Positions 33,036 through 51,400 of a stretch of 64,000 bases of DNA are shown here, in pieces (the stretch's first letter is position 1; the number at the start of each line of letters is the position of its first letter). The stretch is from the human T2T-CHM13v2.0 reference genome, Homo sapiens: NCBI RefSeq assembly GCF_009914755.1, contig NC_060930.1; one strand, written 5' to 3'. The translations under genes and the position numbers were made by a program. The notes beneath the pieces are model-generated. The model was not told where the DNA came from. It was given only the letters and a program-made list of their open reading frames with translations, and ran no database searches.

Positions 33036-35428
33036 GTATTATCATTCTGGTTTCTAATTTTTGAATTTTTGATGGCTGTCTCATTTATTTTCTTTGTTTT
33101 GCTTTTGTAGATAATCCTACAGGAAATACGCTTGACTTGTATTGCTCTATTCTAGTGCTCATATTTCTGTAAGGTAGATTTCTAAAAGGATTAAGGATTC
33201 ACAAGGCTCAGATATTCTGAATTTGGGTGGATGCTGCCTAATTATCCTTCGAAAAATGTCTAAGCCTATACTTCCACAAATGACTGAACCTGTTTTTCTC
33301 CAAACCTCGTCAACTCTGGATACCACCTCTCTTAGTCATTTTTCCAGTCTGATGTGCAAAAACATGACATGGCCTATTTAAGTGCATAAAATTGATCAAG
33401 AGTGAGGACAGTCTATTGAATAAAAAAGATAAGTTCTCATGGTTAGTAAGAATAAAATGAGCCAGGATATTAAACATGGAAGAGTATATAGGCCTGTGAA
33501 AAGAGGGAAAATGAAGAAACCAGGAGAATTGTGGAATTTTTTGAGTGCAAGAAGAAGGGGGGCCTCTGTTTGCAGGAAAATAGAATAGGAATAATACAAA
33601 AATTTTTAATTAAAAAATAGAGAAAGGGGAGCCAGAGTAAGTGGGAATTTGATGAGGTTTAGTTGAGGTTTCAGTTAATGTCCTACGTGTGTACAGCTTC
33701 AGACTGGCCAGGCATTGGGTCTCCACTTCATGTCAATGATAAGATGATGTAATAGAGTAAGTCTTAACGAGGAGGGTAAGATCAGCGATCAGGTTGGTGG
33801 GCTCCACCTTGCAGGGAGGTCAGGAGGAGGTATGGGATGAGTGCTGGGTGACACAGGCAAGGGTCAAATTCTAAGGGAAGAAATTGCGTTAGGCACAGAA
33901 GGCCTAAACTGACGTGCTCAGGAGCGTCTGTGGCTGTTCCCTCTGGATTCATTGTTTCCAGGTCTAAAAAAGGAAGGAGCAGCAGAAGCAACTCAATGTT
34001 TTTTTATATTTGTTTGTACCAACACTATATTTTACAAATATTTACGTTTGTCTTTCATAATAGCCTTCTATTGCTGACTGGACCAAAGCCAAACTCAGCC
34101 TCCCTCCCTGACCTTTCTGCATGATGTCACCCTTTCTAGCATCTACCCACGGCACTCTCTTGTTGGCTTCCTTCCTCTCGTATGTCACAGTCATTTTCTT
34201 CACACACTCGACTTATTTTCAGTTTTTTAATCTCATGCTATCCCTACCCAAAGCAATGCTTTCTCTTGGCCCCAATCTCATATTTCACAAGTAAAATCCA
34301 ATCCTAATCTAAAATAGTCTTTCCTTTTGCCAGAATATCATGGGCGATGTACTTCTATGAGCATATATCTCAGAGCTGCTCCACAGTCTTCTATTAGTAT
34401 AAAGCGGAGAAGGCTGAACAGATTACTTTAAGGCCCTCAGCTCTGAAGTTGGGTTTTGGAGCCTGTGGTGTTCTTAGCTTTGGAAATTCCTCCACCTACT
34501 GGTTGCCTAAAATCCTGTCTGTTCACATTATATAATGAGGTTCGCAGTTGTTTTATGAGATCGGCCTATTTTTAAGAGTAACACGGGCCTCTTGTGAATG
34601 ATGACACATTTCTAAGTCATTTCGAATTCCTAAAATAAAATTAAAAATGTGCTATAAAGAAAATATTTTCTTATAATAGAAAATGTTTTCAAGCAGATGA
34701 CAAATTTCTTAATGCTTTTGAACAACCATTAGGGGGCAGAAAATCATTACACAGTATAGCAATTCAATCCACGTTAGGCTGGAGAAGAGAAAGCCTATTT
34801 TATGTGTATTTCCAAAAGTTAGTACCAAAATCAAGTTATTTTTCAGTGTAATCATTGATTTGGTGCTTGGGTATCTTATTTACAAAAGAAGCCTTCCGTA
34901 GTGGCTTTATTTTTTACAACTTGCTTCCTATCAGTGTATCAAATCAGATGAACCTTACTCTGAAGGAAACACTTTAGAGACCAATGTGACATCTTGGGGC
35001 AGGGTTGCCATATATGACTAGTAAGAATAGTTGAAATATGTTGATAAACTAAAAGTAAGTTTATCTCACTAAAAATTAGAGAAATTCATAACAAAACAAT
35101 AGATTTATGGCTGCCCAAGTTTCAGGAACTCTCTTTTCAGTCACCCTATCAAACGATGGGTTCAAGCGTGGTTAAAAATAGTTCGCTACTTCTTTAACAG
35201 CTTCTCTTCCCCCAAAAAACAACTCCTTAAAGATTAGAATGCAATTATTTCTACTTCTCACTTCCATTCCCCCATCAGCCAGCCTTTCACCTCTCACCCC
35301 ATGAAACTTCCCAATGAATGCCACCCTTGACTTCCTAATGGCCGAATCCAGGTTCTCTAATTGGAAGGATGATAAACAAGCACTTGCTAATTTAAGTTTA
35401 AGAGAAATTTATTAAAAGTATATCACAA

Positions 35429-36030
<602 letters not shown>

Positions 36031-36396
36031 CAGCTCCTGAAATTAAAGGAAGCATAGGTAGCAAGAGTTAATCAACACTCTTATCAGATAAGGGCCCTCT
36101 GCTGGCACTACATTTATTCCATCCTTGGATCACTTGGCTCAAGTTTCCAAGTCCTCATAAGTCAGTCCAATCTGCTGAGCTCGGGCCACATACCCACCTG
36201 GTGGCTTGGAGTGAGCAGTGCAGAATGCCCTGAGAGTCTTAGCACAGGTGCACACATTGGGGGAAGAGTTAAGTGGAAATTCTCTCTCTCCAAAAGAAGG
36301 GGGGAAAAAAGAGGTAGTGTGGTCAAAAGAGAAAATGTCCACCACAGTTTTCATCCTTCCTGATTTCTTTGTGGTTTTCACACCAGATGTAACTCC

Positions 36397-37427
36397 TGTG
36401 ATGGTTAATTCTATGTGTCAACATGACTGGCCAAGGGGCACCCAGATTAAACGTTGTGTCTGAGTGTGTCTGCGAGGGTGTTTCCAGATGAGGTTAGCAT
36501 TTGAATTGGTGAATTCAGTAAAGCAGGTTGGCCGCCTCAATGTGTGTGGGCATCATCCAATCTGTTGGGAGCCTGAACAGAACAAGAAGTGGAGGAAGGA
36601 GGAATTCTTCCATTTTTTGTTTCCTGCTTGCCTGCTTGAGCTGGTACATTGGTCTTCTGACCTTGGACTGGGAATCACACCCATATATATACACATATAC
36701 ATACACATGCACACCCATATATATATATATACATACGCACACCCATATATTTACACATATACATATGCACACCCATATATATACACATATACATACACAC
36801 GCACACCCATATATATACACATACGCACACCCATATATATACACATATACATACACACCCATATATACACATACACACGCACACCCATATATATACACAT
36901 ACACGCACACCCATATATATACACATACGCACACCTATATATACACATATACATACACGCACACCCATATATATACACATATACATACACACGCACACCC
37001 ATATATACACATATACATACACACGCACACCCATATATACACACACACGCACACTCATATACACACACATACACACGCACACCCATATATATACGTATAT
37101 ACATACACACGCACACCCATATATATACACATATACATACACATGCACACCCATATATATACATATACACACTCGCACACCCATATATATACACATATAC
37201 ATACGCACACCCATATATATACACATATACGCACACCCATATATATACACATATACATACACGCACACCCATATATATACACATATACATACGCACACCC
37301 ATATATACACATATACATACACTCGCACACCCATATATACACACATATACATACACACGCACACCCATATATATACACACATACACACGCACACCCATAT
37401 ATATACACATATACATACACGCACACC

Positions 37428-37458
<31 letters not shown>

Positions 37459-37494
37459 TGTATTGGTTCTGGTTCTCTGGAAAACCCTAACATG
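36397..37494 (+). mobile_element. MLT2 (ERVL) solo LTR containing an expanded VNTR
   Basis: Starts tgtgatggttaatt.tatgtgtcaac.tgactgg; ends ..tattggttctggttctctggaaaaccctaa..; perfect 5-bp TSD actcc (36392-36396 / 37495-37499). Confidence 0.85.
36676..37458. repeat. Minisatellite: about 26 units of ~24-34 bp (CACCCATATATATACACATATACATACACGCA-like), ending in (CA)n
   Basis: Directly visible tandem array. Confidence 0.97.
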
Positions 37495-37499
37495 ACTCC

Positions 37500-38500
<1,001 letters not shown>

Positions 38501-38516
38501 GTTCTCTCTGTCTCTC

Positions 38517-39131
<615 letters not shown>

Positions 39132-39940
39132 CATGTTCTTATAATACTTTTAAGCTCAACTCAAAGCCACCTCCTCTCTAAAGCCTTTCCCAGTTGTCAC
39201 CTCTGTCTCTCAAAGGTAGAACTGACCACTCCCTCCTTTGGGTTCACACTTGACCCCCGTACCTGTTTACCTGGCAGTCTCTCCCATCTAGTCTGTCATA
39301 CTCTCAACAACCAAAATGGTGTTTCACTCATCTTTGCATTCCCAATACCTGTCATAGTATCCAGCACTTAAAATGCTTAGTAAATGAGTACAGAAGTGAA
39401 TTTGTGACTAGAGTGGGTAGAGAAAGTCTACACACTCAGCCGAGGAAACTCAGGGAAAACAGAGTCACTCTGTTTAGAACCAGCTGGGGCTATCTCGAGC
39501 CACAGTGTATGCCAGTGACTCTCCACTCTGCTTGCACAGTAGAATTGCCTGGAGGGTATTTAGAAAATATGGATGGTGGGGTCCTAAAAAAAGCCAGTTA
39601 AATCAGAATCTTTAGGGGTGGGCCTAGACATGGGTGTTTTTTAGAGACTCCTCCAAGATTCTAGTGTGCAGTCAGAATCAAGAACCACTGGTGCAGAGCA
39701 TTCCTGAAATGACTGCAGACAGACTACAGGGGAATGAGAGCAGACTCCTACGGTGTGGCTGAGCAGAATGCCCAGGTGGCAAATAGCTCCTCCTCCAAGG
39801 GAAAAGCATGAGCATCACTGGTCTATGACACAGGCACAGCCTTGTAATCAATGATGAGGAATGCCTTCAAGAGCGACGCCAGATGGTAGCACTTGAATAT
39901 TTTATGACTCAGCTCCAAGGAAGTTTGTTGAGAGGAAATA

Positions 39941-41393
<1,453 letters not shown>

Positions 41394-42977
41394 TACTTAC
41401 AGAGATGCAAACCTTCCTCCTTCTCAAGGAAAATGCTGCAGGAGAGATTTTGGGAGCCCTTTAGTTCACTGACAAGGAAAGGGAAATAATGTAAAGAATT
41501 TTAGAATCCTACTCTGTTTGGATTCTTTTGACTGTAACAGAAACAAAGGAAAAAGCTTAAGCAACTCTATATTTCAAGATTAAAATTCAATATGGTTTCA
41601 GGCATAGTTGGATCCAGGACAGAAATATGTCATAAGGGAACTTCCTTTGTTTCTCCATCTCTTGGTTCCACTTTTCTGTGTGTTGGTTTCAGTTTCCCGT
41701 AAGGTTAATTCATGTGGCAGCAAAAATAGCCACCAGCAGCTATAGGCCCATCCCATCCTTACATGTACCTAGCAGTCCAGTGAACAGAAAGTATCTCTTT
41801 TCAGTTGCTACAGAATCCCAGAGATGTCTCTATGTAGCCCAATCACATCATATTCTTATCCCTGAACCTGTGGCTAGGGGGATGCAATTCTCTCTTGTGC
41901 CTACTTCCAGGACCATAAGGGTGGAGTCAGTTTCATCTGAACCACATAGATTAAGAATGCGGGGTGGCACTGTTCTCCAAAGAGATGCTAAATAGGAAGA
42001 GAGAAGTCTATTTCATATGGTTCAGCTGGTACACCCTCTTGTGATTATGATCCTGTTATAGTTACAATTCTTTGGTTACAATCCAAAGAATCTGACTCTG
42101 GATAATAAGGAAAAAAATACCATAAGATATTGGTTCACTCACATAATCAAAGGGAAAGGTAAAAAATTGGGCCTTGAAATGATCAGGAACCAGGGATACT
42201 CTGAAGAAAGAGTAATGATGGATCTTCAACCACTTGCAGTCATCATTCGAGATTCAGATTCTATAGAGACAAAAATCTGATTGGCCTATATCCAAGGAGG
42301 AGGGAGCAGGCAGGTGGAATCGGGTTTGACGGTTCCATCTGTGCAAGAATCAAAAGAATGAGAGAGGGGTAGTTTTCCTAAGCATAAGCAAGATGCTGTT
42401 CCTGGAAGGTGGAAAGGATGTTGGGCAGTAAAAAACAAAAGCTGTTCAACTACACACCCAAATGGTCCCTGTCCCCCTCTCACTCTGCTCTCAAACCTCA
42501 GAGGCCAGAGCAAGTAAGGATTCAATAAAGACCAAGCCAACTTTCTGCAATTTTGCTTCCTATATTAGCTAAAAGTATCCAATGTGTTTGCAGTAAAATG
42601 TTCTAGCTTGGATCTGAAATCCCAAACATTGAATAACAATTACAGAAGTTTTCTAATGTAGGTCTGTTACTGAGACTAGTAAATGCATGCTTCTGCACAA
42701 AGACCTGATCCGCTTGGAAGAGGGTCATCTTTTCCAGTATCAACCACTTGGAGAAGCAAAGGGCAGGACTCAGGAAAAATCTCTTAACTGATTATCTGAA
42801 TGTAGAGGATCTCGCTGTAACAGTGCAGGAAATGAATTGGAGCAGGTCAAGACTGAAGAAGATGGGAGGCAGGGAGACCGGTGGGGTTGTAGGTGGTATG
42901 CAGCAGTCTGCGGTATAGATATGCCACTACAGGTTTTACCAGCTTGCTAGTTATATTAAGTTTACAATCAAATAATG

Positions 42978-43227
42978 CTGCAGTGGTGTGGTCACAGCTC
43001 AGTGGAGCCTCAGCGTCTCAGGTTCAAGAGATCCTCCCACTGCAGCCTCTAGAGTAGCTGGGACTACAGGCATCCACCACCACGCTTGGCTAGTTTTTAA
43101 ATTTTTTATAGAGACAGGGTTTCACTGTGTTACCCAGGCTGGTCTTGAACTCTTTGACTCAAGTAATCCTCCTGCCTCGGCTTCCCAAAGTGCTAGGATT
43201 ACAGGTGTGAGCCACCACACCTGGCCC
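42978..43227 (-). mobile_element. AluJ lacking its 3' end
   Basis: Antisense Alu starting at tgcagtggtgtggtcacagctc. Confidence 0.88.
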
Positions 43228-43319
43228 ACATTTCTAATTATGACTGATACTATTAAATTGCCCTACATAGAGATTCTACCAATTTACACTGCCAACGAAG
43301 AAAGCCCACTGGCCTAGAT

Positions 43320-43482
43320 CAATGGTTCTCCAACTTTAGTGTTCATCAGAATCACATGGAGGTCTTGTTAAAACACAGAGTGGTGAGCCCCAGGTCCAAA
43401 GTTTCTGATTCAGAAGGTGAGATGTGGGACCTAAGAATCTGCACTTCTAAAAAGTTTCCAGATGTAGGTTGAAAATCACTGC
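43320..43482. mobile_element. MER5A-like relic
   Basis: caatggttctccaacttt..catcagaatcac.tggagg.cttgttaaaac. Confidence 0.7.
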
Positions 43483-43604
43483 AATAGATCAACTTGGCTT
43501 CCACCACTTCATAGACCTGTTCTCCCCAAGTCAGTAAGTTCCTCTTCAGTTCTGTGGGCTTTTCTCCACCTCCATTTTGCTTAACTTTTCTGCTACATTT
43601 TAGA

Positions 43605-43822
43605 TGTTTGTCTTTTTTTCTTTTCTTTCTTTCTTTTCTTCCTTTTTCTTTCTTTTCTTCCTTTTCTTTTTCTTTCCTTTTCTTTCTTCTCTTTTTTCCC
43701 TCCCTCCCTCCCTTCTCCCTCTTTCTTTCTCTCTCCCTTCCTTCCCTCCCTCCCTCTTTCTTTCTTACTCCCCCTCCCCCTTCCTCCTTCTCTTCTCTTC
43801 TGTTCTCTTCTCTCTTCTCACT
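43605..43822. repeat. CT-rich low-complexity polypyrimidine tract
   Basis: About 215 nt almost entirely C/T. Confidence 0.95.
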
Positions 43823-43914
43823 TGGTCCTGTTTTCTTTCCTTGGCTCTCCTGTCCCTTAATGGACTTGGGCTTCATTTATTAGCCCACAGCTTTTCACCC
43901 AGAAGGAAAGCTCA

Positions 43915-44164
<250 letters not shown>

Positions 44165-44559
44165 CTAACAGGAGAGTCTGCATTGCTAAGACAGAAACCA
44201 GATCCTGATGACACTATTTGAACCCTCTCTATTCAGCCATACCTGATGCCAGCCTTACTTTTACGTGTCTGGTGACCGTGCAAGACTCCATCTCAAAAAA
44301 AAAAAAATAGTAGTATTGCTGTTGCTTTGACTGTAAATATTATTCAATGATGAGCCAAGGAATTTATGACTGTTTTCTTTCCTTATTTGGGTTGTTGTTT
44401 TGGGGTTTTTTGGTTTTGTTTTTGCTTTTCCTGGTGTTAGTGATTGCTTTTCTTTTTTTAAATATTTAAATATTTTTAAATCTCTGCATATCTATCCAAC
44501 TATTTTTTAAAATTTGTGAAATGCTCAATATTATTCTCAAAAGATCAAACATATCATAA

Positions 44560-44904
<345 letters not shown>

Positions 44905-46325
44905 TACTCTGTTATTTTTTTATCTGCCAGTTGCTGGTAAGTTCCAGGGTAGAGTGATAAACTGGCAAAACAAACTTTTTATTTCTGGACTCCAAATAGC
45001 ACCATAAAAAAAGGTTATTTTCTGGGACCATTGAGTCTCTTGAAAGAATACTCCAGTATCTGCTTAGGAGTTATTCCAAGAGCAGGGCTGGAGAAAAATT
45101 GGAGGATGAGGAGCCACTATTCAGCATACAGACTTTTGTTTAATCTGCTTCGTTTAAGCACTGTGCTTTACTTCCAATTTCCAAAGTACCATATACCTCC
45201 AAGTTCTGAACCTCTCCTTCACTCAAGGACCTTCTACCTTGCAAAAATACATCTACCTTGTAGGTTTGTAACTTTATTCCTTTGTTTTATTTCAATGAGT
45301 GTTTTGGAAGGGAGATAAGTACATGCGGTCAATTCGTCATGCTTTTACAGACTATTTTTCTCAAACTTGTTTAACTCAGGAATTAGTCTTGCAGGGTCTA
45401 ATTTTCATAAAGTCATTTATTTTTGCATCTCACTCCATGCTTCTCAGTTGCATTTCCTTCTTATGAAGTATATATCTATATATATCTATATATATCTATA
45501 TCTATCTTTTGGAGTTTAGAGTGAGGGTATATGAGTAGAAAACTCCTCATTTTTGTCAGTTTCTTCAACAGCTTTATGGTTTATTATAAGGTGGACATCC
45601 TTGTAATCACTTCCTAAACCAAGAAAATCGAACTTTGTCAGCCACACCAGAAGCCTGTCCATGTGCTCCATCCCAATCACAAACTCCTTTCACCCCCATC
45701 ACTACCCTGACTTTTTAAATAACCACTTCTTTTTGCATTTAAGTATATCCCTAGACATTATAGTCTTGCTCATTAATTTAATGTCTTTTATGCCTCCTTT
45801 AAGCTATAGGTTCTATTTCTTCCCCCCCCCCACTTATAATATATATATTGAATAACCCAGTTGTTTACTTTGCAGGGTTCCCCATGGTCTGGATTTTGCA
45901 GATTGCACACTCATGGCATATTTCAATATGCTCCTTTGTCCTCTATTTCTGTAAACTGGCAGTTGGATCAAGAAGCTTGAGCACACTCAGGTTTAATCCC
46001 TTTGGTAAAACTACACGTTACTATGAATTTATATATTTAAACATATACGATGGGTTTCAGTCCATTCTAATTATTACCTTTATTGAAACTCAAATTGTCC
46101 TATCCATGGCCAATAGGAGCCTCTTCTAGTTGGCTGGGTCCTTTGGACATGACTCCAGAAGTCTTTAATCATTTCTCTGCTCTCTAGTATAATAAGATAT
46201 TTCGTGCTCATTCCATACATTTCCTGCCCTAAACCTAGAACCCCTTGTTTCTTTTAGTGGGACTTGGCATTTCATACTATATATCTATATATCTATATAT
46301 CTATATACATATAGATATATGTATA

Positions 46326-47245
46326 TAGTCATGTGCTGCATAACGACATTTTGGTCAACAATGAATGTCATATACCACTGTGATCCCACAAGATTATAAC
46401 AGCTGAAAAATTCCTATTGCCTAATGACATCTTTATTTCATTTTATTTTGAGACAGGGTCTTGCTCTGTCACCTAGGCTGGAGTACAGTGTCGCAATCAC
46501 TTAGTGACATTTTGATGATCCTGACCCTGTGTAGTCCTAGGCTAATGTGTGTTTGTGTCTTCATTTGTAACAAAAAAAGCTTAAAAAGTAAAAAAAAATA
46601 ATAATTATCAAAAACTTTAAAAATAAAAAGCTTATAGAATAAGGATACAAAGAATATTTTTGTACAGTTGTACAATGTGTTTGCGTTTTAAGCCAAGTGT
46701 TATTACAAAAGAGTTGAAAAGTTTTTAAAAAATCAAAAACTTTATAAGGTAAAATGTTGCAATAAACTAAAGGTAATTTATTATGGAAGAAAAAAAATTT
46801 TAAATAAATTTAGTGTAGCCTAAGTGTACAGTTTTGTATCAAGTCTTCAGTAGTGTGCAGTGATGTCCAAGGCCTTCACATTCACTCACCACTGACTCAC
46901 CCACGGCAACTTCCAGTCCTGCAGGCCCCATTTATGGTAAGTGCCCTACACAGGTGTATCATTTTTAACCCTTTATACTGTATTTTTACTGTATTCTCTA
47001 TGTTTTGATATATTTAGATGTACAAATACCACTGTGTTACAACTGCCTGCAGTAATCAGTACATTAATATGCTGTACAGGTTTGTAGCCTGGGAGCAATA
47101 GGCTATACCATATAGCCTAGGTATATAGTAGGCTGTACCATATAGGTATGTGTAAGTAGTACAGTCTATGGTGTTCCCATAAGGACAAAGTCGCCTAATG
47201 ATGCATTTCTTAGAACATATCCCTGTTGTTAAGTGATTCATGACT

Positions 47246-47246
<1 letters not shown>
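46326..47246 (+). mobile_element. Tigger3 (Golem/MER7-type) DNA transposon with a ~65-bp Alu 3' stub at ~46432-46498
   Basis: Ends agtcatgtgctgcataacgac / gttgttaagtgattcatgact; typical internal sequence. Confidence 0.8.

Positions 47247-47248
<2 letters not shown>

Positions 47249-47279
<31 letters not shown>
47249..47279. repeat. (GT)n microsatellite
   Basis: Directly visible. Confidence 0.9.
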
Positions 47280-47282
<3 letters not shown>

Positions 47283-48036
47283 GTTAGGACACATATATAT
47301 ATGTATTTCAGAAAAAAATTTTTTTGAATTATAATGTGTTATAATTAGTTCTGTTACCTGTCTTGGGTTTTCTTTATCAAGAACTTCTAATCTATATGTT
47401 GGATCTTCTTTGCCTATTTTCAATATTTATCATTTCTCTCAAATTATTTCTGTTTACATTTATTTTTGATTAAAAAACTCATTTTCAAATTGTAGTTCTT
47501 TTCAGACACTATTGTATTTTCTTATTCTTTTATTCCTTGTATTTTAGTCCTCTTTTCTGAAATCAGTTTTTCTTTTATTTCTAACTCTTTCCCAAGTTCT
47601 GTTACTTCATTCCTGAGTTTTTCTTCTGGCTTGTTTTGCTGTTTCATGTTTCATATCATTTTATATCTTTACAGTGACACTGTGCCAGGTGTTACAGAAA
47701 CAGTGGTATTCAAAACAAAGTCCATGTCTCCAATAATCATATTTCACTCATTCCAAGCCACATTTATTTCTTTGTTTCTGTTTCTCTTTCTTCCCTCACC
47801 CCAACTTGGAATGCTTGTTTAAACATTAAAATTTTCTCATAGTTGATTTTAAAATGAAATCTGTAAGGGTAAACTTTTCTAGCTATAGGCTACCATAATC
47901 TTTCCCTTATTTTGAATTCTTGAATAAGTTTTCAGTTTTCTTGACAGTCTGTCCCTTGAACCTAGATCATTAGCTTTTTAAGGAAAAAAATTATGGCTTT
48001 TTATATCTCCCAGAATAAAGCCAACAATGACTCTGG

Positions 48037-48345
48037 GGCTGGGCGTGGTGGCTCACACCTGTAATCTCAGTACTTTGGGAGGACAAGGCGGGTGGACTGC
48101 TTGAGCTCAGGAGTTTGGGACCAGCCTGGGCAACACAGTGAGACCCCCATCTCTACAAAAAATGAAAAAAATGAGCCGGGGGCAGTGGCACGTGCCTGTA
48201 GTCCCAGTCACTCGGGCTGAGGTGGGAGGATAGTTTGAACCTGGGAGGTCAAAGCTACAGTGAGGAGTGCCTACACTGCTGCACTCCAGCCTAGGTGACA
48301 GAGTGAGACCCTGTCTTTAAAAAAACAAAGAAAGAAAAAAAAAAA
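48037..48345 (+). mobile_element. AluJ
   Basis: TSD aatgac[t/c]ctggg. Confidence 0.92.
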
Positions 48346-48361
48346 GAATGACCCTGGGCAT

Positions 48362-49620
<1,259 letters not shown>

Positions 49621-50329
49621 GCATCATCATTAATATCATTAATAAATATTCCCACAGTATTTGGCCCTTGTATGTCCTTTGTATGGTGCTGGGGATACAA
49701 TAACATATCGCTGCAGAGATTTTCAAATGTAAAAGAAGAGAGATTATACTGATTTAAAAGCTAGATTCTGTCCTCACCCTGGAGCTAGTCTGCATTTACG
49801 AAAACTTACTTTCCACTGCGGTAGACAGACGCTTTCTACTCCAGCGCAACTGTGCCTTTCCTCAAATCTAGTCTCAAATTTAGGTTCCTTTTCATTTTCT
49901 GTTATGGAAAGGCCCTCAGCGTATCCCAGGCTTTGGAGCCTTTTGTTAGTAGTCTGGCCCATGCATAATTTCCCCTTCCTCTGAATTATACATAGCACCT
50001 CACTAGTTATATTTTAATACACTTTCCTATGTCTCAGTGGTAGTTTCCTATATTAATATATATCCCAGTTTAGTTTGGCTTTTAATTTCTTTTCTTCTAA
50101 GGGGATAGATGCGTTCTGTACCACCTTCTCGAGTACTAATGGTTAACTGGAATGAACACAAGCAACAAACCCTCCGGCCTGGATCCCAAAACAACAGTCG
50201 CGGTTCTGCAACAGAAAAGGCTGCGCTGGCCCTGGGACCTGTCTCGGAAATACTCCTCATCCATCTAGTTTCTCCCAGGACAACTAGGCCCAACCCCACG
50301 GGAATATACAGAGAGGCCTCGGGTCACAG

Positions 50330-51400
50330 ACTTAAAGCTGTAAAAGGGAGGAGGCGACGGTCTGGTCCCAGTCACCGACCAGCCACCGACTACTAGGGCC
50401 CGAACCCGGGACTGCAGACGCACCTCCCCGCCCTCCCTTCCCAGCTCCGCCTGGCGGCGGGCGTTGCTCCTGAGGGGCGGGGCTTCCGCTTCCGGCGGGG
50501 GATTGTTGACGCCTGCGGTTGCTGCGGTGGTGACGGGGCTGTTGGGGAGGGGCCATTGGGGGAGGGAAACGGAGCAGTGACAGGTATCCCAGAGGGTGCT
50601 GCTGAGGCGACGATGGCCGAGGGGCCCGAGGAAGCCCGAGGCCACCCTCCCGGGCAGGACGATGGCGGAGGGGACCACGAGCCCGTCCCTTCCCTGAGAG
50701 GCCCTCCTACCACCGCCGTCCCATGCCCCCGCGACGACCCCCAGGCCGAACCCCAGGCCCCGGGCCGGCCCACAGCCCCGGGCCTCGCGGCTGCCGCCGC
50801 AGCCGACAAATTGGAGCCGCCGCGCGAGCTCAGGAAGCGCGGGGAGGCGGCCTCCGGCTCCGGTGCAGAGCTGCAGGAGCAGGCGGGCTGCGAGGCGCCC
50901 GAAGCCGCGGCGCCACGAGAGAGACCAGCTCGGCTGAGCGCCCGCGAGTACTCCCGGCAAGTGCACGAGTGGCTGTGGCAGTCCTACTGCGGCTACCTCA
51001 CCTGGCACAGCGGCCTGGCCGCCTTCCCAGCCTACTGCAGCCCCCAGCCCTCCCCGCAGAGCTTCCCTTCGGGCGGCGCTGCAGTCCCCCAGGCCGCGGC
51101 GCCGCCGCCCCCGCAGCTGGGCTATTACAACCCCTTCTACTTCCTGAGCCCCGGGGCCGCGGGGCCTGACCCGCGGACAGCTGCCGGCATCAGCACCCCT
51201 GCTCCAGTCGCGGGCCTGGGACCCCGGGCTCCTCACGTGCAGGCGTCGGTCCGGGCCACTCCAGTGACGAGGGTAGGATCCGCAGCCCCTTCGCGAAGCC
51301 CGAGCGAGACCGGGCGACAGGCAGGTGAGAAGCGCGAGGTGGAGGCTGGGCGGAGTAGAAGGGTTTTCGGGGGCCTGTGGGGTAGAGCTGGCACGCTTTT
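50330..51400 (+). promoter_or_regulatory. FAM8A1: FAM8A1 CpG-island promoter and exon 1; GC box (50474-50483) and tandem ETS/GABP motifs cttccgcttccgg (50483-50495)
   Basis: Very GC- and CpG-rich, TATA-less; motifs visible upstream of the ATG at 50613. Confidence 0.85.
50613..51324 (+). CDS. FAM8A1: FAM8A1 exon 1 (coding part)
   Basis: ATG in context gcgacgATGG; MAEGPEEARGHPPGQDD...AREYSRQVHEWLWQSYCGYLTW...ETGRQA; donor GCAG|gtgaga; 712 nt. Confidence 0.95.

Noticed and set aside
50556-50612. 19-aa N-terminal extension of FAM8A1 from a TTG
   Set aside because: Near-cognate codon in weak context; the ATG at 50613 gives the expected 413-aa protein. Ribosome profiling would be needed.
50265-51236. 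323-aa antisense ORF and 148-aa alternative-frame ORF over FAM8A1 exon 1
   Set aside because: Expected in GC-rich CpG-island coding DNA; no recognisable domain.
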